This document shows, one piece after another, positions 49,214-57,808 of a stretch of 64,000 nt of DNA (position 1 is the first letter of the stretch; every line of letters starts with the position of its first letter). The DNA is from a virus (Duplodnaviria > Heunggongvirae > Uroviricota > Caudoviricetes). The translations under genes and the position numbers were made by a program. Where the stretch lies: IMG/VR virus record IMGVR_UViG_3300032265_002746; one strand, written 5' to 3'. Under the pieces are notes generated by a model that searched no databases, was not told the DNA's origin, and saw nothing but the letters and a program-made list of their open reading frames with translations.

Positions 49214-49243
49214 TCACATTATCTTTGCTGAAAACAATGAGTT

Positions 49244-49726
49244 ATGATAAAAAGAATCACCCACGAAGAGTCAAAGAATTACCGGCTGCTGAATCCTGAG
49301 AAGGATTTCAGATATAGTATGGATTGTGCAGTAGCCTTCACTCTAACAGAGACAGACCCACACCCTTGGGAGAATGTCACATATTTTGGAGAAAGTTTTA
49401 CAGATCCAACCAATTCAGTATTAAAACCCCAATGGGTGTATGTGATGGTGAACCCCTCAATCCCAAATACGGTTAAAGTGGGAGCAACCACAACTAGTGT
49501 CACACAACGTGCTAGGGAATTATCTTCACAGACTAGTAGTATCACACCTTGGTATCCTGTATATAGTCTGAAAGTTGGAAATGCATTCATGCTAGAGAAA
49601 GAAGTACACCAGTACTTAGAAGATCGCGGAACCCGTGTATCTCCGCGCAGAGAAGGGTTTGAGATAAGCTCTGAAAGAGCTATTGAAGTAATAAAAGAAT
49701 TAGGTCAGAAATATTTAACAAAATAG
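49244..49726 (+). CDS. T5orf172 (GIY-YIG-like) domain protein
   Basis: QWVYVMVNPSIPNTVKVGATTTSVTQRARELS matches the T5orf172 pattern (YVYVL..KIG.T..RR..EL). 160 aa. Confidence 0.55.
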   Translation: MIKRITHEESKNYRLLNPEKDFRYSMDCAVAFTLTETDPHPWENVTYFGESFTDPTNSVLKPQWVYVMVNPSIPNTVKVGATTTSVTQRARELSSQTSSITPWYPVYSLKVGNAFMLEKEVHQYLEDRGTRVSPRREGFEISSERAIEVIKELGQKYLTK

Positions 49727-49732
49727 GATAAC

Positions 49733-50167
49733 ATGGCACTATTTGAATTAGAAGAAGTAGACAAAGGTAATTACTACGAAGTGAAGGTTATAAAATCTGG
49801 TGATATTTTTGGTAAATTTGCCCTAGATGTAGATGGTTGTTACGGCTTCTGGCCTGAGCCGGGTGAAGGTTGTTATAGTGATTATGTACTGCTTGAATTA
49901 GGTACTCTCCTGAAGAAATTGAATAAACCTTTTTATGATTCGGTAGACGAGTACTACAATTCCAATCGTGGAGGCTTTGGTGAATTAGAGCACAAAGGGT
50001 TTAAGGGTATTGCTGAGTATGATGAATCAGAGGAGTTGTGGCATGCTAAGGCAGTAGGTATAGATAGTGTGACATACATCAGAGCAGAAGGAGAATCCTT
50101 CGAAGAGTTGATAAAAGATTTTGAACAAGCAGTAGAAGATTATTTACAAACAATCGATGAATTATGA
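49733..50167 (+). CDS. Hypothetical acidic protein
   Basis: 144-aa ORF. Confidence 0.5.
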   Translation: MALFELEEVDKGNYYEVKVIKSGDIFGKFALDVDGCYGFWPEPGEGCYSDYVLLELGTLLKKLNKPFYDSVDEYYNSNRGGFGELEHKGFKGIAEYDESEELWHAKAVGIDSVTYIRAEGESFEELIKDFEQAVEDYLQTIDEL

Positions 50168-50484
50168 CAAAAGAGAAATTTAAAGAGTATTTTAAGTTAC
50201 AACAGGGTATATCAGAAAGGTACAGTAACCTTTACAAGAACGGTGTAGACTTGATAGACTACGACAATGAGTTCTACCTTATAATAGAATTATTAGGTGA
50301 AGAATTATTTGGAAAATTTGGGTGGGACCATGTATCTAATTTTGAGATGAGTAGGAAAGAAGTATACTCTCGTGAGAAGCCTATGTGCTGGGATTCAGAG
50401 ACTGAAGAACCTTTATATTGGGATTTGGATTCATTATGGGATTTTATGATTAAGGAAAAATATATTTTGGTTAAAGAGTCTTAA
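50164..50484 (+). CDS. Hypothetical protein
   Basis: 106-aa ORF, ATGA overlap with the upstream gene. Confidence 0.5.
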   Translation: MTKEKFKEYFKLQQGISERYSNLYKNGVDLIDYDNEFYLIIELLGEELFGKFGWDHVSNFEMSRKEVYSREKPMCWDSETEEPLYWDLDSLWDFMIKEKYILVKES

Positions 50485-50493
50485 TCAATACAT

Positions 50494-50787
50494 TTGCATC
50501 AAAAAAATAGATACAGTATGTCATTAATAAAAGAAAAACTACAAGGTAGAATAAAGCCCGTCCTAGAAAAAGAACTAGGCGGGCAAACAAAAGATCAGAT
50601 AGAGCTCATCAGAGAAAGGTATAAGTACCTAGATGAAAAGCTAAGGGATGAGGTGTTAAACAAAGTAGCCGTAGAATACTACCTAGACCTAGATGCCGGT
50701 GAAGACCAGCAGACAGTAATTAATTCATTTATAGCCGGAGCACTCTACGAGAAGTGGAGAGCTGCTATTGAAAAACACGCACAATAA
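50494..50787 (+). CDS. Hypothetical protein
   Basis: 97-aa ORF. Confidence 0.45.
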   Translation: MHQKNRYSMSLIKEKLQGRIKPVLEKELGGQTKDQIELIRERYKYLDEKLRDEVLNKVAVEYYLDLDAGEDQQTVINSFIAGALYEKWRAAIEKHAQ

Positions 50788-50838
50788 AATTAAAACTATA
50801 AATTATAAAGTAATTGAATATTAGTAAAAAAGAAAACA

Positions 50839-51501
50839 ATGAAAAAGATGCTATTAACATTTGCAATGTGCATTTTTTGCACAATACTTTTTGCACAACA
50901 CACCATAACTGTAAAGCACAGTTATTACACCTTAGAATATGACACGTGTATTAAGTCACCTTTGATTAGTTGGTATATACAGACAACTGCTCATGAAAAG
51001 AGTACAAATAAGATAGACCGTAAGACAGTTGCATCTTTCCATCAAGACCCTTTAATTAACCCTAAGTATCAGGTAGCCACTGACAAGGAATACCTGAACA
51101 ATGGTAAATATGATAAAGGGCACCTGGCTCCATACAGTGCATTCTATTTCGACTTAACAGCTGCAAAGGAATCTATGTTGTATACAAACACAGCTCCGCA
51201 GTATTCCTTCTTTAATGAGCACCCTTATGAGCGTTTAGAGCAGCATATACTTAAAGAACTTGCCCCTGATTTTGACTCAATATATGTCTATACAGGATGT
51301 TTATATGGTAATGAAAAGATGAAGGATGTACCTGTACCAGATTATTACTGGAAGGTAATAAAATACAACGGAAAAATAGAAGGGTGGGTGTGTCCAAATG
51401 AGTTTACTAATAACTCAGACTATACAAGATACAAAAAAGACATTGTGTTTATCCGAGATTTGATTTTAAAATATTACCCTAAGTTAAATATACCTTTTTA
51501 A
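50839..51501 (+). CDS. Secreted DNA/RNA non-specific endonuclease (Serratia-nuclease / EndoG family)
   Basis: Signal peptide MKKMLLTFAMCIFCTILFAQ. Active-site block YDKGHLAP (the DRGH motif). Metal-binding NTAPQ. 220 aa. Confidence 0.7.
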   Translation: MKKMLLTFAMCIFCTILFAQHTITVKHSYYTLEYDTCIKSPLISWYIQTTAHEKSTNKIDRKTVASFHQDPLINPKYQVATDKEYLNNGKYDKGHLAPYSAFYFDLTAAKESMLYTNTAPQYSFFNEHPYERLEQHILKELAPDFDSIYVYTGCLYGNEKMKDVPVPDYYWKVIKYNGKIEGWVCPNEFTNNSDYTRYKKDIVFIRDLILKYYPKLNIPF

Positions 51502-51504
51502 TAA

Positions 51505-52137
51505 ATGAACAGACTAAGAGTACTTATTGGTTGTGAAGAATCACAAGAGATAGCAAAGGCATTCAGGGAACTAGGTCACGAAGCATACAGTAATGACTTA
51601 CAAGATTGCTCAGGTGGACACCCAGAATGGCATATTAAGGGTGATGTACTCGAAGTTATCAAGATAAACTGCTGGGATTTAGCTATATTCCACCCAGATT
51701 GCACTTATTTGACCTGTACAGCCAATAAATGGCTGAAAGACCAGCCTGAGCGTAAATCTGGTGTATTAGTAGGAGAACCTCGCAGAATAGCCCAAAAAGA
51801 GGCTATAGAGTTCTTTATGAAGCTATATAACTGCGATATTCCCCATATTGCAATAGAAAACTCCATAGGAGTGATGAGTAGTGCCTTCCGTAAGCCTAAT
51901 CAGATACTACAACCATGGCAATTTGGTCATGGGGAAGTTAAGGCTACCTGCCTATGGACTAGGAACCTACCCATACTAAGCCCTACGGATGTAGTATCAG
52001 GTAGGGTAGCTAGGTCACATAATGTACCACCTAGCCCAGAAAGGTCTAAAATAAGGTCTAAGACCTACCCAGGTATTGCGAAAGCAATAGCAAAGCAGTA
52101 TTCAGACTACGTAATAAAATATAAAAGATGCTTCTAG
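51505..52137 (+). CDS. Hypothetical protein with cytosine-C5-methyltransferase-like core motifs (speculative)
   Basis: WDLAIFHPDCTYLTCTA resembles MTase motif IV (PCQ..S.G). IAIENS resembles the ENV motif. No canonical FxGxGG. 210 aa. Confidence 0.45.
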   Translation: MNRLRVLIGCEESQEIAKAFRELGHEAYSNDLQDCSGGHPEWHIKGDVLEVIKINCWDLAIFHPDCTYLTCTANKWLKDQPERKSGVLVGEPRRIAQKEAIEFFMKLYNCDIPHIAIENSIGVMSSAFRKPNQILQPWQFGHGEVKATCLWTRNLPILSPTDVVSGRVARSHNVPPSPERSKIRSKTYPGIAKAIAKQYSDYVIKYKRCF

Positions 52138-52346
52138 AGTTAAAACTAAAGGTAGATGTAGGAGAAAACTTCATAAGTACCCCTCCAACCCAGGCAGAAC
52201 TGGACTGGTTATATTATGATTTCCTTAATCCCATAAACCTATCACTAGGGGATGAACCATACCCAGTCCTGGGAGTATCTGAAATAAAGTTAATAAATGA
52301 ACAAACCGGCCCTGAAATCCCTAAAATAACATTCTTTAGTGTATGA
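52128..52346 (+). CDS. Hypothetical small protein
   Basis: 72-aa ORF. Confidence 0.4.
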   Translation: MLLELKLKVDVGENFISTPPTQAELDWLYYDFLNPINLSLGDEPYPVLGVSEIKLINEQTGPEIPKITFFSV

Positions 52347-52588
52347 GACATCCATTAATAGCTTTGAGAGAACGACTAAGTAAGATAGGTATAGAAATAG
52401 GCATGTCATCTAATTACCCATGGGTATATTTAGACACTGTAAATGGTAACAGAGTAACTGAAATATACCAAAGTGATCATTACTTCACTATTGGGTTTAT
52501 GAGTATAAGAGATGAAAATGAGTTTAGGTTCACAAACCTAAAAGAAATATTTTTGGTAATCAGAAAATACCTATCTTTGCATAAATAA
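52343..52588 (+). CDS. Hypothetical small protein
   Basis: 81-aa ORF. Confidence 0.4.
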   Translation: MRHPLIALRERLSKIGIEIGMSSNYPWVYLDTVNGNRVTEIYQSDHYFTIGFMSIRDENEFRFTNLKEIFLVIRKYLSLHK

Positions 52589-52595
52589 AATAAAC

Positions 52596-53072
52596 ATGTA
52601 TACAAACAAAAACTACACGACTACCATCAGCTCTTACAAAGAGTTCGAAGAAGAATTAAATGAAGCAATTAACTCATTGAAACCAATGACAGAAAAAGAA
52701 GCAGACATGATAGAATATCTAGCTGACTACCTGGACTTATTCGACCTGCAAGGCGAAGAAGAAGAAGAGTTAGAATCAGAAGTAACAGCCCTGAAACAAA
52801 AGGTAACAGAGCTAGAGAACAGGCTTAAAAACCTAGAGGCACTCCATGAAGATGTAAAAGTAGAACCAGCTAAAAAAGCTGAAGTTGACTACTCCTTCTG
52901 TAACTTCATGGATAAAACACATCCAAGTAAGAATAGAAAAATTATCATAGGTACAAACATAGGTTCATCCACATATAGTGGAATGGCCGAAGTGAAAATA
53001 TCAGAAAGTGTAAACTACACCCAAGACTACATAGACGAGATGGTAAAAACTCAAAAATGGGTAAAATTATAG
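52596..53072 (+). CDS. Hypothetical coiled-coil protein
   Basis: 158-aa ORF with an acidic heptad region. Confidence 0.5.
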   Translation: MYTNKNYTTTISSYKEFEEELNEAINSLKPMTEKEADMIEYLADYLDLFDLQGEEEEELESEVTALKQKVTELENRLKNLEALHEDVKVEPAKKAEVDYSFCNFMDKTHPSKNRKIIIGTNIGSSTYSGMAEVKISESVNYTQDYIDEMVKTQKWVKL

Positions 53073-53314
53073 TAAACAAAAGGTATATTAATTCAATGTT
53101 AAAGAAATTAGCCAAGTCCTATCTGAGGACACTTGAAGTAATAGCAGTTTTATTTATACTACACAAGGTAGTAAGGGAAGCCTTTTCACTAATGAACGCA
53201 AGTAACGACATACTTAACTTCACAGGATTAGTGATACTTACCTTTGTATTTTTAAGTGGATATTACTACATTAAATGGTTTATTCAAAGAATAAATAAAA
53301 AGCAAAAATCATGA
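53057..53314 (+). CDS. Small membrane protein (two TM helices)
   Basis: LEVIAVLFILHKVV and GLVILTFVFLSGYYYI. 85 aa. Confidence 0.45.
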   Translation: MGKIIVNKRYINSMLKKLAKSYLRTLEVIAVLFILHKVVREAFSLMNASNDILNFTGLVILTFVFLSGYYYIKWFIQRINKKQKS

Positions 53315-53544
53315 TAATACTGATAATATACATAGTATTGGTAATAGTACATTTAGGGTGCTTCTTTGCATTTATGGACAGTAAAAAAGGTGATAGTAAA
53401 TACTGGGATGAGTACGGTAACACCTGGGAATTAGGTTATATGCTTTTAGCGGGTATAGGTTCCATACTCTGGCCTATCTTTCTGCCAGTGATATTACTAT
53501 TCAGGCTAGTACGTAAAAAATCAGAAAAATTTTTCAACAAATAG
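53311..53544 (+). CDS. Small membrane protein (two TM helices)
   Basis: IILIIYIVLVIVHLGCFFAF and LLAGIGSILWPIFLPVILLF. 77 aa. Confidence 0.45.
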   Translation: MIILIIYIVLVIVHLGCFFAFMDSKKGDSKYWDEYGNTWELGYMLLAGIGSILWPIFLPVILLFRLVRKKSEKFFNK

Positions 53545-53574
53545 TAATTAACAATTAAAAAAAAAACAAAAAAG

Positions 53575-54438
53575 ATGAAAAACATCGTAAGTTTTCTAGC
53601 ATTCATTATGCTAATGAGTAGTTTAACCAGTTGTATGACGAGAATATCTCCAACTGAAGTAGGATTTCGAATTGACAATGCCGGTGATTATAGAGGCATA
53701 GATAGTTTACCACTATTAACAGGTTGGCAGTTTTACATGCCAGGTGGTAGTTACATCGTAACGTTACCAACAACACAGGAACACGTAGTATGGACTGAAA
53801 GTGAAACAGAAGGTAGCCCAACTGATGAAGCAATCACAGTAGCATGTAGCGGAGGTGCCGGCTTTAAGATGGATGTAGGTGTTAACTATCAGATTATACC
53901 CAATAAAGCCTCTAAGCTATACCTGAAATATAAAACAGACAACCTAAAGACCATTACTAATGGGTTTCTAAGAAACACAGTAAGAAGAGCTATGCAGGAT
54001 GTATCCGGTACTATCACTGTAGATAGTATACTAATAAACCTACCGGCTTATGAGCATGCTGTAAATGACCTACTGAATAAACAATTAGAACCACAAGGTA
54101 TCACACTTATGTTCAGTGTACTAAAGCAACCTACACCTACAGACCCTAATCTGGCTAAGTCTATCGCTTCTAAGATACAAGCAAAGCAAGATGCTGAACG
54201 TGCTGTAACAGAACTACAAAGCAGTATAGCTGAAGCTAATAAGCGTATAGCAAAAGCAAGAGGTGACAGTGCATCAAGAGTGATTGAAGCCTTAGCAGAA
54301 GCTAAAGAAATCACAGTTAAACAAGAAGCATTACGTCAATCACCTCAATACATTGAGCTTGTAAAAGCACAACGCTGGAATGGAGTATTACCTACAGTAA
54401 CAGGTGGTGGATCAGGAATGATTCTCAACATCAAGTAA
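53575..54438 (+). CDS. SPFH/band-7 domain lipoprotein (HflK/C- or flotillin-like)
   Basis: Lipobox LTSC after a signal peptide. Central SPFH-like core. C-terminal QAKQDAERAVTELQSSIAEANKRIAKARGD..EALAEAKEI typical of the SPFH coiled-coil. 287 aa. Confidence 0.55.
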   Translation: MKNIVSFLAFIMLMSSLTSCMTRISPTEVGFRIDNAGDYRGIDSLPLLTGWQFYMPGGSYIVTLPTTQEHVVWTESETEGSPTDEAITVACSGGAGFKMDVGVNYQIIPNKASKLYLKYKTDNLKTITNGFLRNTVRRAMQDVSGTITVDSILINLPAYEHAVNDLLNKQLEPQGITLMFSVLKQPTPTDPNLAKSIASKIQAKQDAERAVTELQSSIAEANKRIAKARGDSASRVIEALAEAKEITVKQEALRQSPQYIELVKAQRWNGVLPTVTGGGSGMILNIK

Positions 54439-54530
54439 AATTTTCCAAAAATTTTTTCAAAGGGGAAATAGCCTTTCAAAGGTAAAATCCCCTTTGATAT
54501 TTTAACAATAAAAAAAGGGGGGTAGGGGAT

Positions 54531-54716
54531 ATGTACATAGACGAAAATCTATTCAATACTATAAGAGCCCAGGCTCTTGTAAAACTGAATAACAACAAAG
54601 ACAGACCTATGTCTGAAGCAACCATAGAGGCAGAAGCTATCCTAGATGTACTAAAGGCCCTAGAGGAAAGCTCCAGGCCTAACTATGATGAAGAAGATTT
54701 AATTAACAGAATATGA
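54531..54716 (+). CDS. Hypothetical small protein
   Basis: 61-aa ORF. Confidence 0.35.
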   Translation: MYIDENLFNTIRAQALVKLNNNKDRPMSEATIEAEAILDVLKALEESSRPNYDEEDLINRI

Positions 54717-54925
54717 AATACAGAATAAAAAGCTATGTAGGCTACGATGGTACTACCTATTACGTAGCAGAGTGTAAACCTAACTGGTGGAGTCTATGGA
54801 TGGAATCTATGTATCACTACAAAACAGAAGAAAAAGCACTAGACCACATAGAAACATGGAAGGAGAATGAAGCAAAAGAACTAGCTAGAAAAAATAGAAA
54901 GTACACTTATAAAGAAGTAAGCTAA
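54713..54925 (+). CDS. Hypothetical small protein
   Basis: 70-aa ORF. Confidence 0.4.
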   Translation: MKYRIKSYVGYDGTTYYVAECKPNWWSLWMESMYHYKTEEKALDHIETWKENEAKELARKNRKYTYKEVS

Positions 54926-55143
54926 TGAAAAACAGGGTATTATTGACACATCTAATGCTAAACAATTTACCACATACAGAAATGAATGTACAAAGTTGGT
55001 CAGTAGGGAGTATAAAGACTAGGAATTATAAACTGGGTGAATACGAAGTCCAGGTGATTGAGTACGAAGGAATGCAAGAAATAAAAGACTATGACCTATA
55101 CATAAACGGTAAGTTTTTTAAAGGTGAGGATACCCCGAATTAA
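54925..55143 (+). CDS. Hypothetical small protein
   Basis: 72-aa ORF. Confidence 0.4.
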   Translation: MKNRVLLTHLMLNNLPHTEMNVQSWSVGSIKTRNYKLGEYEVQVIEYEGMQEIKDYDLYINGKFFKGEDTPN

Positions 55144-55185
55144 CAAGAGGTTAAATAGGCTAGTCAGGGGTGAAGGAGTTTAACA

Positions 55186-55213
55186 GGGGGACATAGTTGT
55201 CCCTTTGTTGTTT
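55186..55213 (+). terminator. Intrinsic terminator
   Basis: GGGACA-tagt-TGTCCC followed by TTTGTTGTTT. Confidence 0.55.
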
Positions 55214-55505
55214 AGTATAGTGAAGTGAGGGTATCTTGGCCGGTAGTTAGGGTAGAAGGGTTTAACCTTAGGTCCAGGGGGAAGGGCAGCCAGAGCAGAT
55301 CTTAGGGTTATTTTATATAATTATATATTTATATATTTTTTTAGATTTGGGGGATTTGGGGTGGGGTTAGAGAGGCAATCTGCTGGATTCCTCCAGCGAA
55401 ATTTTTTCGCTAGTTACGAAAAATCCAGGTTTTTTACGAAAAAAATAAAACGAAAACGATTGAAATTTACGATATTGGAAAAAAGCAAAAAAAAAGTTTG
55501 TCTAG

Positions 55506-55513
55506 TAACTTTG
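55506..55513 (+). promoter_or_regulatory. TAACTTTG, matching a Bacteroidetes-type -7 element (TAnnTTTG)
   Basis: Lies about 140 nt upstream of the 55651 gene in a structured leader. Confidence 0.25.
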
Positions 55514-55650
55514 CAACCCCTATCTTCGCCATGCCATACCATTACCCACTAAAAACACCCTTAAGGGGTGACGGGTAAAGTATTGCCCATACTTTTACAA
55601 TTAAAGTATGGTATTAATTAAAAGGCTATAATAGCCGCAAATTAAAAGTT

Positions 55651-56331
55651 ATGAATGAAGTAAAGAATGTAGTAAAAGAAGTAAGTAAAGAAGCTACAAA
55701 ACAAGTAAAAGAAGTGGTTAGTATTGAAACACTACTTAGTCGCTACCCTATCATTGAGACTGAAACCATAGAAAGGGAAACAGGTTTAAAGGTAGATGGG
55801 TTCGAGGGCTACAACTTAGTAAAAGAAGTGGTTAAAAGTAAAGTTACTAATATAGAAGGAAACAAGCTAGTAACCACTGAAACAGAAACGCAAACGGGGT
55901 TACTACTTAGAAAAGAAGGGGTTGAACCTATTAAGTTTGTAGGGGGCAATGATTATTTTTTGGACACTTCAACCAATACTTTTAAGAAGTATATTAATGT
56001 AGGGGGCAAGATTAGCGAAGCACTGACAGAAGGGGCGAAAAGTAAAGATGTAACAATTGCCAAAAAGGAAACTAAAGGCGAAATAAAGGGCGAGATATAT
56101 AGCCCTTCTTATTGCTTCAAAATAGCCCTTCGCAAAATGAAACAAAACGGCAAATTTGCGAAGCTATTTAGAAAGGGCGAAACATTAGACACTTTACAAT
56201 TGCCTACTATTTTACCCTATATAAATGCTGCACGTCGGGAAAGGTTTAACGGGGGCGAAACGGCTATTTTCACGCCTATTGCTTTTGTTGATTTTATTAC
56301 TAAGTATTTAAGTGACACGACTAACAAGTAG
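55651..56331 (+). CDS. Hypothetical K/E-rich protein whose 3' half carries GGGGCGAA-type repeats
   Basis: 226-aa ORF. The repeats encode GGK / GAK / KGEI / KGET / GGET. Confidence 0.45.
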   Translation: MNEVKNVVKEVSKEATKQVKEVVSIETLLSRYPIIETETIERETGLKVDGFEGYNLVKEVVKSKVTNIEGNKLVTTETETQTGLLLRKEGVEPIKFVGGNDYFLDTSTNTFKKYINVGGKISEALTEGAKSKDVTIAKKETKGEIKGEIYSPSYCFKIALRKMKQNGKFAKLFRKGETLDTLQLPTILPYINAARRERFNGGETAIFTPIAFVDFITKYLSDTTNK

Positions 56332-56690
56332 GGCGTAATTTTACCCCCCTTTACCCCTATGCAAAGTAGGGGGTTAATATCGTAATATTAGAGGGGGGCG
56401 AAGCCAAAGGGGATACCCTTAAACTGTTTTATTGACTATGTTTTGAATAGTCGGGGCGTAATGCCTTGTAAGTAATTTATAAGTAAAACGGGGCGAAGTT
56501 ATTTGACATAAATGTTTATTTTTTCGGGGCAAAGATATTTGCTTTATGTAGCTATTTATGTAATGAATACGAGGGGGCGAAGCTATGTATAAACGAAATT
56601 AAAATAAGGGTTAAAAGAATTATTAAATAGTCTTTTTTGTGGGCTGTTTTGGGCGTAATGCCTTGTAAGTAATTTATAAGTAAGGGCGTT
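55940..56690. repeat. Irregular array of at least 12 GGG(G)CRAA(G) iteron-like repeats, plus a 33-bp direct repeat
   Basis: GGGGCGAAG / GGGGCAAAG / GGGCGTAAT copies at about 55942, 56005, 56030, 56080, 56147, 56173, 56250, 56333, 56396, 56454, 56490, 56526, 56573, 56652 and 56686. GGGCGTAATGCCTTGTAAGTAATTTATAAGTAA occurs at 56453-56487 and again at 56652-56684. Confidence 0.5.
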
Positions 56691-57221
56691 AATCTAAGTT
56701 GTAAACATAATAGTAAAAATAAAAGTAGGTGTATCAGTACACATTGCTGAAGGGATACGTATGTCCCCTTCAGAAAAACTGTTTTATGTAATCCCTAATA
56801 AAGTACGTTGGTTATTAGATTAGGTATTGGAGTAGTAAATGAGTAGGTTTACATAAATAATCTATCTACCTTTACGTTTACTATGTTTGACCTCTGCATA
56901 TTGACCGTTCCCGAAAGGAGTCGTATGTATGTATTTTATCTCTAAACACTATTGGGATATGAACCACCTCTGTATGGATACAAGTGGTAAAGGAGATATT
57001 AATGGAACCATAGTTATAATGGTAAGGTAGTCAAGCAACTACAAAAATGTTAATACATAACACGTATGCAGTAACGTGTTTAATCCCCACAAGAAGGGTA
57101 AAACAACTATAATAAACTTGCAGTCGAAAGGCTACCTATGTGAGTAGGTTAATCCCCGCAAGAAGGGTAAAGGTTGTACAATAGACTTGTATGTCTGCAA
57201 ACATAGTGTAGTGGGCTTGCA

Positions 57222-57246
57222 GAGGGTTCGAGTCCCTCGCTACCAC
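57222..57246 (+). other. tRNA-like T-arm plus acceptor 3' strand (degenerate tRNA or fragment)
   Basis: GAGGG-TTCGAGT-CCCTC followed by GCTACCA-C. No convincing complete cloverleaf upstream. An upstream paralogous unit shares TTAATCCCCRCAAGAAGGGTAAA. Confidence 0.3.
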
Positions 57247-57358
57247 AAACCGCCTGGATTGAGCACTCTTGCCTTTCGGGTGTGTGTCCTCTTGTATACA
57301 ATTTACAAGGGGTGTTTTTAACAAGGGGGTACATTGGTTACTCCTTAAAAAGTTATGT

Positions 57359-57508
57359 ATGGAAAAAGGAGATTTATTTTTATTGATTGTAGGCACTGCA
57401 TTCTGTATATGGATGGCTAGTACTGTGATACCTGAATTGTGCGCTATAGCCACATTCGTAGGTATAGGTTGTGTATTTGGATGGAGAGACTTATTAAATA
57501 AAATATAG
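57359..57508 (+). CDS. Small membrane peptide (49 aa)
   Basis: MEKGDLFLLIVGTAFCIWMASTVIPELCAIATFVGIGCVFGW, preceded by AAAAAGTTATG-type context. Confidence 0.3.
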   Translation: MEKGDLFLLIVGTAFCIWMASTVIPELCAIATFVGIGCVFGWRDLLNKI

Positions 57509-57511
57509 TAT

Positions 57512-57718
57512 ATGAAAAAGAATTTGGATCTAAAGGGGTATGAGTACCCTGAGAAAATGTCATCTAGGGAAAAGACTGCCCTAGTGATAATCATTATAGT
57601 GATGATTGCGTTTACTTTAACTTCGTGTTCTTACCACGAGTACGATTGTGCGGCTCATTACCACTACCACGATTACTACAGTGGTAGGATTACTCCTAGG
57701 TACAAATTAGCCCACTAG
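57512..57718 (+). CDS. Small TM protein with His/Tyr-rich tail
   Basis: 68-aa ORF. TM helix ALVIIIIVMIAFTLT. Confidence 0.4.
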   Translation: MKKNLDLKGYEYPEKMSSREKTALVIIIIVMIAFTLTSCSYHEYDCAAHYHYHDYYSGRITPRYKLAH

Positions 57719-57808
57719 GAGGCTCAAGGCTGCCCTTTACTAGGGTGGCTAGTATGTATGTATTGTTTTATCTTTTAACCGCCTATATTAGGCTTAAATT
57801 AAATTGTT

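Noticed and set aside
55940-56690. CRISPR array interpretation of the GGGGCGAAG repeats.
   Set aside because: The repeats are 8-9 bp with irregular 25-80-bp spacing and partly lie inside a coding region. There is no 25-40-bp repeat/spacer periodicity.
57170-57246. Complete tRNA gene (candidate tRNA-Cys with GCA anticodon).
   Set aside because: The T-arm and 3' acceptor strand are good, but no complementary 5' acceptor strand was found. The anticodon-like stem has a 6-nt loop and there is no D-arm. Reported only as a tRNA-like fragment.
57136-57594. 152-aa minus-strand ORF overlapping the tRNA-like region.
   Set aside because: It spans the tRNA-like repeats and non-coding hairpins, runs against the local gene direction, and has an odd composition. 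Likely spurious.
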